From the NCBI GenBank assembly GCA_028023455.1, contig JAQFVV010000001.1, forward strand, positions 7,812,001-7,876,000: 64,000 nt of DNA, read 5' to 3'. Positions 54,101 to 64,000 of the stretch are shown here, one piece after another; position 1 is the stretch's first letter, and the number at the start of each line of letters is the position of its first letter. Below the pieces are notes generated by a model. That model did not search any database and was not told the origin of the DNA. It worked only from the letters and a program-made list of their open reading frames with translations. Position numbers and translations under genes: made by a program. Source of the stretch: Epiperipatus broadwayi. Lineage: Eukaryota > Animalia > Onychophora.

Positions 54101-55295
54101 TGTTCCAAAGAGAATAAGAAAATCAATGACCATTAACAAAGTGATGGCTATACTTTTGGGCCTTATGTTTAAGTGGGTATTATGTCCTGTATGCTAACAT
54201 GGTACAAGGGAACGAGTATTCAATGTTCCTATTCAGATTACATTGACATAAAACATCCGTACATCCATCAGCACTGATTTAACTACGAAACAATTAGCCC
54301 AAAATTAATACAGCTTAAACTAACACAATCCTGTGAATCTATGCTGCCATTTACGCTTATTTTTAAATTATTAATTTGAAAGAAATTTACGAGAATGGAA
54401 ATGATATTAAACACATAAAAAATATATATAAATTAAAAATTTTAGTCAGATAAAAGAGATTTCTTTTAGAAGTTAAGTGATACTTAAAATACTTGGAAAA
54501 GTTTGTATTATATAATTAATGTTCATATTTCATTTAAAACAAGTTTATACTTTCCACTGCTGTAAGTAAAGTCCGTCTTTGCAGTCCTTGATGCAGCACA
54601 CAATTCAAAGTTCTTTCCATTTCATATTGTTTTAGATGGAGACAAGTCCCTTGCTGGCCAGTTTCTGGGAACCATCACACTCTGGAGACCGTCTCTGCTG
54701 GCGCACACACAAAAAATGTAAATTATTGCTGACACTTACATTTTGGTGATCTGCAATATTTATAAAATATATTTAAATAATCCACAACAGCAATCCCAAT
54801 CTAAATCTCAACTTCAAAGTTTTCTTTTTATATCTTCGTGAATTCTTATCATCAAATTCTAGGATCAATCTTGCCCGGCTTGGTGCGGTTCTTATGACTT
54901 TTCTCTATGGACCATGTGTTTATTTCCATTGTTATTGGTCAGTTTTCTTTAGAGCGTGAACTCAAAATTTTATCATTAATATTTTTTTTATCTTTTATCT
55001 GACTTTATGCCCAAGGACCTGTTTGCTATTATGTCAATATAGAACATCATTTCCATTCTAAGATTAAAATAACTAATTAATAGCTTTTATTATTATTCTT
55101 TTATATTAAAATAATCTTTTTAGATTTTAAACTTTAAATAATTATATAATTAGTTTGCCATCTGTGTATTATATATATTAATTTAAATAAAATGATCAAA
55201 TTCTCTTTTTATATATTTCTATCTGAGGATGATTATATATTTTTTTTCCACTTTTATTTGAAAGAAATGTAACGGCTTATACTTTTTCCGTTACA
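51108..55295. mobile_element. 4188-bp insert of two inverted ~1.9-kb LTR-like arms (51108-53030 and 53396-55295) with a 365-bp spacer
   Basis: ATAT|TGTAAC...GTTACA|ATAT. The homologous site in the 3' LTR (62450-62453) is empty. Arms align as reverse complements along their length (~80-90% by eye). tRNA-Lys-like PBS 2 nt behind the right arm. Confidence 0.9.
53377..53393 (-). promoter_or_regulatory. tRNA-Lys-like PBS behind the right arm
   Basis: Minus strand ...CATTATA-AT-TGGTGCCCAACATGTGC; 12 of the first 14 nt match TGGCGCCCAACGTG, both mismatches at CpG. Confidence 0.7.
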
Positions 55296-56084
55296 ATATC
55301 TATATGTGCTTGAAGCGTATATTAGCGCATATCTATAAAATATTAAATAGCAAAATGGATATACATATGGACATACATGTACTACTAGATTTTCATTGAC
55401 ATTATGTGAACTAATATAATGCCTAATATATATGTGACGATAAAGAACTCAGATCACTTCATTCAAAGACATTTTAAGGAATTAAGGAGGGTAGGAAGTT
55501 AGAGAATATATTTTCTTTATTGATACTTGTAGAATTGGTGATGGGTTATGTGGGGGTCATTATTATTTATTCGTTTACTTTTAAAATTATTTGTGGTATA
55601 TTATATATTCCTGAAAGCAGCTTGATCCACATAAAATAACCAGAGATAAAGAGAAGACTGAACTTAGTCTAATGGGATATTGCTTTATGAAGGTTAAATA
55701 TTTAATGTCATGCGAATATCTATTGTCCTCTAAATTGGTTATATAATTGGTGTAGCGGCTTATCCTTTTGGAAGGGGATTTTCTTTCTGAGAGTGGCATG
55801 TAAAAGCCAGGTTTAAATAGTCTTTCAAAGGCATGCACTGAACCAACACTTTGATATCCGTCAATATGGCAATGAAGTTTTAACAAGGAAGAACAGAATA
55901 ACTAGCGAGTGTTCAATCTCTTGCTCAATTAACAATCCAGTCAGATGATTTTAAAAAGTATGAAGTACATATTTCTAATGGAATTGTTATCAATGCCTTA
56001 CTCTGATGCATAATATTTATTTCATGTTCAATATGCACACATGGAAAGGACCCAGGTTGAGGCTTGCTTGGTAAAAAAGAAATT

Positions 56085-56102
56085 TGGTGCCCAATGTGGG
56101 GC
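56085..56102 (+). promoter_or_regulatory. Primer-binding site, tRNA-Lys(CUU)
   Basis: TGGTGCCCAATGTGGGGC versus the tRNA-Lys(CUU) 3'-end complement TGGCGCCCAACGTGGGGC: 16/18, both mismatches CpG>TpG. Confidence 0.85.
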
Positions 56103-57485
56103 CTGATCCAATGGCAGTCAGCATAGAAAAATATGGCACCTAAACATAAGTAAATAAATAAAAAATGAAAAAACTCTCAAATGGGAAAAGGTTGTTTTGA
56201 AATTAAATTAAGACTTTAACATTGATTAAAAACATATAAGTAAATTGTTGGACCAAGAAATAAAATGTCCCCCATATATACAAACCACACATAAGAGTAA
56301 AATGGATGGAAGATCAAGAAGAGTGTTAGATCAATATTATTTGAGCTCAGATGAGATTTTGTTTAATAGTAGCATGTAGATCGAAAGTTTTGTTTAGATT
56401 TGTAGTGTTTCTTGATGCATAAAGTAAGCGTATGTAAAAATAAAAATAAAATAAACAGCTGGAGCAGTGTGGAAGGATAAACAGTGAGCAGAATAGGAAG
56501 GAGCTAGGTGCGTGGTGCACTGAATATTCAGATAGACAAATAAAGTAGTAATAAAATAGCTTCAAATCTTAGAGTTTCAAAAATACATGAATCATGAGTA
56601 TAATAATGTGGCACAGCAAATTAAGATTGTCCTAAATACAGGGTATTTTACATGTGAAGATCGCGTTCAAGAAAAATGGAGCAGGAACATATAAGTGAAA
56701 AGGATGACACTGAATGGAGAGGCAATGGAGGAAGCCTGCCTGAAAGACAGTAAAGCATAATATAAGCAGATAGCGAACCACAAAGTGAAGAAAAACCCAG
56801 AAGGAAAAATGAGTTTATTAACAATGATGGAAATTTTTTTTATTAAGTATGAAAACAGATATCACAACAGATAAGAGATGAAAGATAGGTCTGATGATTT
56901 GGCACAGAACATAGCAAAAGATATGTACTGAGGCTAAATAATCTGAAAACTGAAATATCACAAGAGATAGAAGCAAGACTTCAAAGTATGGTAGAAACTA
57001 AGCAGCAACTAATGAAAGAAAAGTATGAGGGCATGAGGAGAGAAATCAACCAAAAGAGTGAAGTAATAAAAAGTTGCAGCGGAAGAGGAAGTAGAAACTG
57101 GTAGCAGGAAATAAAATAGGTCTTCAACAGACAATCAGCAGGATTGAACAGATGGTGAACTATCAGTTGTTGAGGCCATTAAAGAGCAGAATGTGATAAT
57201 TGATAAAGTGGAGATCAGAGTGAATGAGTGTAAAAGAGAAGGCAAACAAAGCTCAGTCAAAATCAAGAGCAATGAATGAACTAAAATAACCAGGTATGTG
57301 AAAACAATAGGGGGATATAAGATAAGTAAAATTAATTGAGGGATGTAAAGTTCAGTGTGCTATGGGCGAGACAAGTCAGGAACAAAAAAGTTGTTAGCTA
57401 GGAAAAGAAAACAGTAGTTATGATGAGTCAAAGAAGAATAGGAGGGAAGGACCATTCCCTCAGTCTAACATCAATCAGTTCTTAA

Positions 57486-59284
57486 CACATTTTAAAAAAT
57501 TTTATTTTTATATTGGTTCACAAACTCTCAATTTTGAAATGTATAACCTAAAATTACAATTTCATAGACAGCTTCATCACATTCGTTATAAAATGCAGAA
57601 AAAAAAAAAAAAAATAACATGACCTACCTGAGTTACAGTTTGTTGGAGTAATGTGGCAAAAGGTGACAATTTCAGTTTCACTTTTTTACTAACCAACCTA
57701 TATGTTCAATTTTTGCAAGCAGTTGTTTTTCTAGGCCCTCTATGCGGGATATCTATTAGAAATGCAAGGTTTTAGTGTGGATCAAAAAAAAATAACAGTA
57801 ATAACTTTAGTAAAGTGTAAGTTATGGGGGTTAAAAATACTATATTATTGGAATATCATGGGAGAAAGGGCGAGCTAAATTATGCATTATTTCATAGGAG
57901 ACCATAATAGCAAAGTATGCTTCAAAGTAATTAAAAACTTATCTACAATGAAATGAATAAAAACATAGTAAATTCTAAGTTATGAGTGTAAAAAATAATT
58001 ACTATATCAATGAAATATCATGAGAGTGAGCTAAATTATGCATTATTTCATAGGAGACCATAATAGCAAAGTATGCTTCAAAGTAATTAAAAACTTATCC
58101 ACAATGAAATGAATAAAAATATAGTAAATTCTAAGTTATGAGTGTAAAAAATAATCACTATATTATTGGAATATCATGGGAGGGAGGGCGAGCTAAATTA
58201 TGCATTATTTCATAGGAGACCATAATAGCAAAGTACGCTTCAAAGTAATTAAAAACTTATCTACAATGAAATGAATAAAAACATAGTATGTGATGAAATA
58301 AATTAAAAATTTGTCTCTAAAATAAAATGAATAAAAACACAGTAAATTCTAAGTTATGGGTGTAAAAAATAATTACTATATTATTGAAATATCACGAGAG
58401 TGAGCTAAATTATGCATTATTTCACAGGAGACCATAATAGCAAAGTATGTTTCAATGTAATTAAAAACTTATCTACAATGAAATGAATAAAAACAGTAAA
58501 TAAAAAAAAAAAAATAACCCAAAGGAATTACAAGCAATTATTATATATCAGTGGGAGATGATGATGATGACTGTTGATTCAGCATTGTAAATTATTTAGA
58601 ATACCAAAAAATCGATCTCGGGTCATAACTCTAGCAAGTTAGCAAGTACCGGTTGATGCAAATATTCATTTTTAGACCAAATAAATTTTAGTTTTGATAT
58701 GCGTAATATAGTAAAAACATGAATAATCATACCAAAAAATGCATTCAACTCAGCGGGTGACAGACCAACCTACTTCGGTAATGCCTTCTACTCTTAAACA
58801 TACCTATTGCTTTCAGTGCAAATATATAATTTTGTATAAAAAATAAATGAAATAGATCAGCTTCAAATATATAATTTTGTATAAAAAATAAATAAAATAG
58901 ATCAGGAATTGAAAACTCATGGCTAATGGTGAAATATGACGAAACCTCAGAATCAAACGCAAACAAAAAAGACTTTGACAGAATCAATCAAAATTACATT
59001 CAGCGGCGAAAGAAGCCATTTGTGCGGTTATTTTGTTTATACATTGATAAAATCTAGAAAGATAAAAAAATTTATAAAATTTTAATAACGTACTTTACAA
59101 AAATTGCTATAAAAAATCTAATTTTCATCGCACAGAAAAAATTTTTAGACGTACAAAAAGATAGAAAAATGGTGGAGAGAAAGAAAAAAAAATGTAACTG
59201 TGACGTGTACGGTTTGCACACTATTGTGGTCGAAATTGCAAACTTTTTTTAATGTGGAAAAAAGCGGTTTTCAGTTCTAAAGGG
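57486..59284. mobile_element. 1.8-kb non-autonomous piggyBac-like insert at TTAA
   Basis: TTAA at 57482-57485 and 59285-59288; removing the insert restores the gag frame. Right end ...CTAAAGGG|TTAA is piggyBac-like; left end TTAA|CACATTTT does not form a clear TIR. No transposase seen. Confidence 0.6.
57835..58500 (+). repeat. ~160-bp tandem array, 4 units with A-B-A-B alternation
   Basis: GAGCTAAATTATGCATTATTT at 57872, 58028, 58190 and 58402. Confidence 0.92.
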
Positions 59285-60673
59285 TTAAATATCAGAGTAT
59301 TGGAGGGATAAATGGGGGAAGCTCCTTTAGAGTACCTAAACAGCTTGGAAAAATATTTCCGGATAAATCAAATGGTTGAAATAAGTAAAAATACCCATCG
59401 CTTGCAGTCATCTTCAAGGCGATGCACAGGCATGATGGGAACCCTTATTACACCACCCTGTAACATTTGAGGACTATAAAAATGCTCTCTGGAGCAAAGA
59501 CCACCTGGAAACATACTGTATCGAGTGATGTAGAAAAGATATAATGCAAGTGACAGCGAGCATTATTAAAAGTTCTTTGGGAGGCAGACGGCCAAGCTTA
59601 GAACAATAACTGCATGCCACATGTTGGAGGGTCAGATTAACAGGATAATCCACCATAATATGCCCTTTAGGATTGAGCAGATGCTACATACAGCTAGCAT
59701 AAATTCAATAGAAAAAAATGGTGGAATTATTAAATGGGGTGGATATGAGTCAGCAAGGCTGACCACCAGATAAATCTTGGGAGAATATAGGCATCAATGC
59801 TTTGAGCTGTAAAGAAAATAGTGGCCCATATGAATGCCTCCAGCGTATAAGGCCCAACCTAGAAGCCCCAGCCCAGTGCTAGATGACAACCCTACATGGA
59901 ATAGGATCAAGGACCTGCTATATAAAGGAAAGAGGGCCAGGCCATCTTCACCTAGGCCAGGGGTAGTAAAAGTCACAAGTAGATAATTATTTGAGTCAGA
60001 TGAGTACAAGGCTTGGAGGTTGGGTGCAAAGTGGTAATTTTCCAGGTGTTGTGTATGAGGGCATCTCAATATTTTTGGAACTTTAAGGTTGGAGATGGAT
60101 AGTGCAAGGATTAATGGGAGATCCTTATCTAATTTATAATCTCTGTGGCCCTAGGACAAAGTATATACTCCACAGGAAGATTGGAAATACTTTAACTGCA
60201 GGGATGAAGATTCCTCTGGGACTAATACCTTAAACGCAAAAGATCCTGTAAGCCTCAAATAAGGAACGAGCATGGGTGCATTTATTTAAGGTTGTATTTT
60301 TTTATATAGGGCTCTTGGTTAAAAAAAGCCCTTAGTCTTTCGATGCATAAGATCCTATAAAGCTCCAAATAAACAAGCATGCATGCATTGGTTAGATTTG
60401 TATTTTTACTTTGCATAGTTGTCATGAGATTGTAGATAAAGTAGGGGTCTCTAAGATGGTGTTCCATGTCTCTTTATTTCTAGCTCAGGGGCTGGAACAA
60501 TGATATGCTCTTGGCCTGGCATATCGATGCCTGGGGGCTGAAGGTTTGTACCTTAGGCTGTTATGTCAACAGTACTCTAATAAGTAAGACTAGGGAAAAA
60601 TCAAACATATGTCAGCAAAATATAGCGTATTAGTGAATACATTAAATGGCTGATCCTATTTGAATGTCTCATC

Positions 60674-60681
60674 GGAGGGGG
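60674..60681 (+). promoter_or_regulatory. Polypurine tract
   Basis: GGAGGGGG immediately before TAT|TGT, the start of the 3' LTR. Confidence 0.75.
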
Positions 60682-60684
60682 TAT

Positions 60685-63285
60685 TGTGCTGGGAACTCTT
60701 GGAGTGGCCACGCACAAGGTGGCTGTAGTCAAAGCTAGTTTTTATATATAATAAAAGTAATGGTTTAGGTTTACTTATCATTATATGTTTGCAATTAAAC
60801 AGGTACGAACTATAGATGTACTATAAAATGGATGGGGTTGGTCTGTGTATATAATTCTTACCCCCACACACTAAAATGTGTAATATTTTTTATTTTATTG
60901 CTTTTTATATAAATGCAAATGTCTCATATTTGTAATTTTATTCTTAATTAAGTGTTGGGAACCATAAAGAAAAAAAAAAGAAGATAAAATGATTGAAAAT
61001 AACTGTAAATGTTCCAACATTTCTATATTTTATTTTTAAATTTTTATCAGTTATTTTCTCTGCGACTGCATTAAGCAAAGTCAGGCTGCCATTGTTTTAC
61101 CAAATGGTAAAATGTACTAATGTATTAATGGTCACTCTGCTTTGTATTTTTATTTTTACAAACAAGAGTTCAAAGAAATCAGATGCCAATACTTGCAGTG
61201 AAAAATCAGATGTGTTGGATCGGTATTTGTATTTATTTTCAAACTTTTGTAATACAAAGTTGCCTTTGAATTCTAATTTAAATTGATGTGTATCAGGTAA
61301 AGTGATCTGAATTCACCTAAGATTAAAATTAGATAAAATTCTTTAAAGATGTAATACGCGATAATAATAGACAAATGTAAAAAAAAACTGTGCATTGTCT
61401 GAATCCAGTAGCCATTAAGTTAAAAGTTGGCTTCCAAGGGGGCTACCCAGACTCATAATGTAATGAGTGGGATCCAGATTCCTAATGTAATGAGTGGGCT
61501 ATTTAAGCTGTTCACAAGATGCCGGGAAAAACTCGATATGTTATTTTGTCATCGTGGTGGTCTCTCATCACTCTCAAAGTTTTACTTTTATGCTGATGTT
61601 ACTCATTAAGATTGATTCTCTCATATTAATATACTTAGTACTTTGATAGTTGTTGCTGTGGTCATTGTGAAAAATTAGAGGCTGCCAAAATCTTGCGGTG
61701 CTATGAGCCCGACGTTAATCTGATGAGTACCAGCTATATGCTGCTGAGGTCATATATCCTGGCTTTAATTAATAAGATGTTCACTGTATAATCCTAAACA
61801 AATTAAAAAGAAAGAGTACAAAGCCGAGCTGAGTCTCCAGTAAAAGACCCTTTTAGTTAATCTAATAAAGAGCAGTTTTATTGATACTGTCATAGCAAAG
61901 AAAGTATTGGATACAAAATTCAAGATGAAAAAAACATATTGGTTAACGGGATGGTTACGAGATAGAGGACTGCTCCAGTGCGCCTGTCCAGCTCTATACC
62001 ACCTGTTTACATGTAGTCGCCTAAGATCCAGCTAAGGATAATAAAAATCACCAGACCAACGCCTTGTTAAAGTGAAATCCCTTCTGCTCTGCTCAGATGT
62101 ATAGTGCACTCAGACACCTCAAGTCTGGATGAAGTCTGAAGATACCAAAGGGTATATTTTTCTTATTTGTTTGTTTTCAATAATATTTGTATGTTCTTTA
62201 TATAACTCGCAAAAATGAACTATATTGATAATTTTATTTCTTGGTTTAGAACATGTATGTCAGATCAGATATTTATCCACCATGAGCAGGAGTTTTTTTT
62301 TCCTGCTAGACATCCTTTCACGTTAAGCTCAAGATATATGTACAGTATACAGACACATGTGCATGTTCTATCATATTTTTCTCATCTTTAAATTATACAT
62401 ATGTGTATAGATGCAAGAAAGATTAAACGCAATAAAATAATTTTACTTTGTATCTGTGTGCTTGATGTATATATCAGCGCATGTCTATAACATATTATTA
62501 AAGTGGAATGGAGGTACATATGGACATAGATGTACTACTAGATTTTTCTTGACATGCGAACTAATATAACAACTAAAATATACGTGTGTGGGTATAGAAC
62601 TTAGATCACTTCAAAGATATTTTAATGAATTAGGGCAGGGATTTTCCCCAAGTAAATGGCTCTGCATATTATGAAGAGGGCAGGAGGTTAGAGAATGTAT
62701 TTTCTTTATTGATATTTGTAAAATTGGTGATGGATTATGTGGGGGCTAATAAATATTTATTTATTTATTTTTAAAATTATTTGTAGCGTGTTTTATTTAT
62801 TTTATCCTCCCAATGATTAAAAGAATTATATATTTCCGAAAGCAGCTTGATCCACATAAAATAACCTGAGATAAAGAGAAGACTGAGCTTAGCCTAATGG
62901 TATACTACTTTATTGAGAGTTGAACATTTAATATCATGCAGATATCTATTTTCCATTATATGTGTCACATAATTGGTTGGTAGCAGCATATCCTTTTGGG
63001 AGAGGATTTTCTCTTTCTGGGAGTGGTGCGTAAAGACCAGTTTTAAATAGTCTTTCAAAGTTATGCAGTGGCCAATATTTTGACATCCGTTGGCATGGTA
63101 ATGAAGTTTTAACAAGGGAGGGATTACAATAACCAGCTATAGTTCAATCTCTTGCTCAATTAACAATCAAGTCAGGTGATTTAAAAAAATATGAAATACA
63201 TATTTCTAATGGAATTGTTATCGATGCCTTACTTTGATGCACAACATTTATTTCATGTTCAATATGTACACATGGAAGGGATCCA
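60685..63285 (+). repeat. 3' LTR (uninterrupted reference copy, ~2.6 kb)
   Basis: Begins TGT 3 nt after the PPT; homology with the 5' LTR ends at CATGGAA.GGA.CCA. Confidence 0.85.
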
Positions 63286-63487
63286 TAGTTTGGAAAATTG
63301 CAAGATGGAAAATGTGTGTAGCCAAATGAACAATAATGCTCTACATCTAATGAGAATGTAATTTAAAAATGCCATTATTAAAGTGAATCATTATGCATGG
63401 CTCTACTATATTTAAAAATTCTACCTGTGTCACTGTATTTTTCATACACTTATCTTGAATGACAAGTACACAATGATATTTTATATA

Positions 63488-64000
63488 CACATGGATCTCG
63501 TTTTATGGGGTAGATAGGTTCTACAAAACACGCATAAAAGAAATCGCACAAAAATAGACTTAACTTACATTGAAAAATGTGGGATATGTTCCATAATTTT
63601 CGAAAATCGCATAAAAGCAAAGCAACAAGGTAAAATTACTTTAAAATTCGCATAAAAAAAATAAGGAAATAAAGTATGACTAATAAAAAATTGATACAAG
63701 ATAAACTTTTTTTACTAACTATTTAATTTTATTCAAAACAATATGTTTTTATGTCTAATTTATTTTACATTTTTTCAAACATATTTCAATCATTATCGCT
63801 ATTTGACAATATGGGGATATGTTTGAAAACTGATAAGAAATCACATTCGTCACAAGAGGAAATACAATTAGCGCCATCTTCAGTCTTGTGCTGCGTTTAA
63901 TAAGTGCATCAATTGAAAATTTTGGTTCATGGCTTCAAGTCGCTCTAAAAATATCATTATTGTAGAAAATTGACAGTCTTTTTTAAAATGTACCGTAAGG
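63488..64000 (+). mobile_element. Left end of a pogo/Tigger-like (Tc1-mariner) element, runs off the window
   Basis: TA|CACATGGATCTCGTTTTATGGGGTAGATAGGTTC...CGCATAAAAGAAATCGC resembles Tigger/MER2-type termini; CpG-rich promoter-like segment with GCGCCATCTT. Second end not in the window. Confidence 0.5.

Larger units (their letters stand above)
56680..59750 (+). pseudogene. gag remnant split by a TTAA insertion (purine-rich N-part ~56680-57485; capsid-like part 59289-59750)
   Basis: Joining across the TTAA gives PFPQSNINQFLNIRVLEG*MGEAPLEYLNSLEKYFRINQM, then (frameshift) IACSHLQGDAQA*WEP...VTFEDYKNAL. This is the Ty3/Gypsy retrotransposon-gag pattern (F.G..GE.P..FL..LE.YF; A...L.G.A..WW). 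Confidence 0.75.
47148..63285 (+). mobile_element. Ty3/Gypsy-type LTR retrotransposon with ~2.6-kb LTRs, gag remnant, no detectable pol; three nested insertions
   Basis: The 5' LTR in three pieces (47148-47210, 49335-51107, 55300-~56082) is collinear with the uninterrupted 3' LTR (60685-~63285), roughly 85% identical by eye. Both start TGTG...ACTCTTGGAGTGGCCA. PBS at 56085, PPT at 60674. The last ~30 bp of the 3' LTR and the right TSD were not found. Confidence 0.88.

Noticed and set aside
57835-58500. Regularly spaced repeats as a CRISPR-like array
   Set aside because: Whole ~160-bp units are repeated with no unique spacers; eukaryotic context, no cas genes.
59822-59865. GPYECLQRIRPN resembling an integrase GPY/F motif
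   Set aside because: Short and isolated, with no upstream integrase core; an overlapping frame looks like decayed low-complexity gag C-terminus.
60700-60760. Helitron-like reading: hairpin GCCAC..GTGGC, CTAG|T, then TATATATAATAAAAG
   Set aside because: The segment is the start of the 3' LTR, follows a PPT, and is collinear with 47148-47210 plus 49331 onward; the LTR model explains it fully.
666-63115. Dozens of 60-140 aa ORFs in the supplied track (many starting at TTG/GTG/ATT-type codons)
   Set aside because: Low-complexity F/I/L/K/Y-rich products expected in AT-rich DNA, antisense shadows of the LINE, or ORFs inside non-coding repeats; no recognisable domains.

Overview
AT-rich eukaryotic (invertebrate animal) genomic DNA; the species cannot be determined from the sequence. 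One host gene is present, a KIF4/chromokinesin-type kinesin on the minus strand. Six coding exons were resolved with GT-AG boundaries and matching phases (37778-38003, 27664-27857, 27490-27579, 12084-12253, 457-551, 153-272). They encode most of the motor domain, and the gene runs off the left edge. The rest is transposon-derived. The introns hold a near-complete RTE-type LINE (one stop, one frameshift), older RTE fragments, a Penelope GIY-YIG remnant, six degenerate minimal hammerhead ribozyme motifs, several foldback palindromes, and a hAT remnant with two nested 1.9-2.5 kb LTR-like elements. Upstream of the gene are a 5-kb Merlin/IS1016-type element with an exact 8-bp TSD and a nested complex at 47148-63285. 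That complex is an apparently gag-only Gypsy-type element with ~2.6-kb LTRs, a tRNA-Lys PBS and a PPT. Its 5' LTR carries a 2.1-kb solo-LTR-like insert and a 4.2-kb insert made of two ~1.9-kb LTR-like arms in INVERTED orientation (PBS behind one arm, ATAT TSD outside both). Its gag is split at TTAA by a piggyBac-like insert. The inverted-LTR insert is the most unusual object. Almost all short ORFs in the supplied track look spurious. Identities are by-eye estimates; no searches were run.
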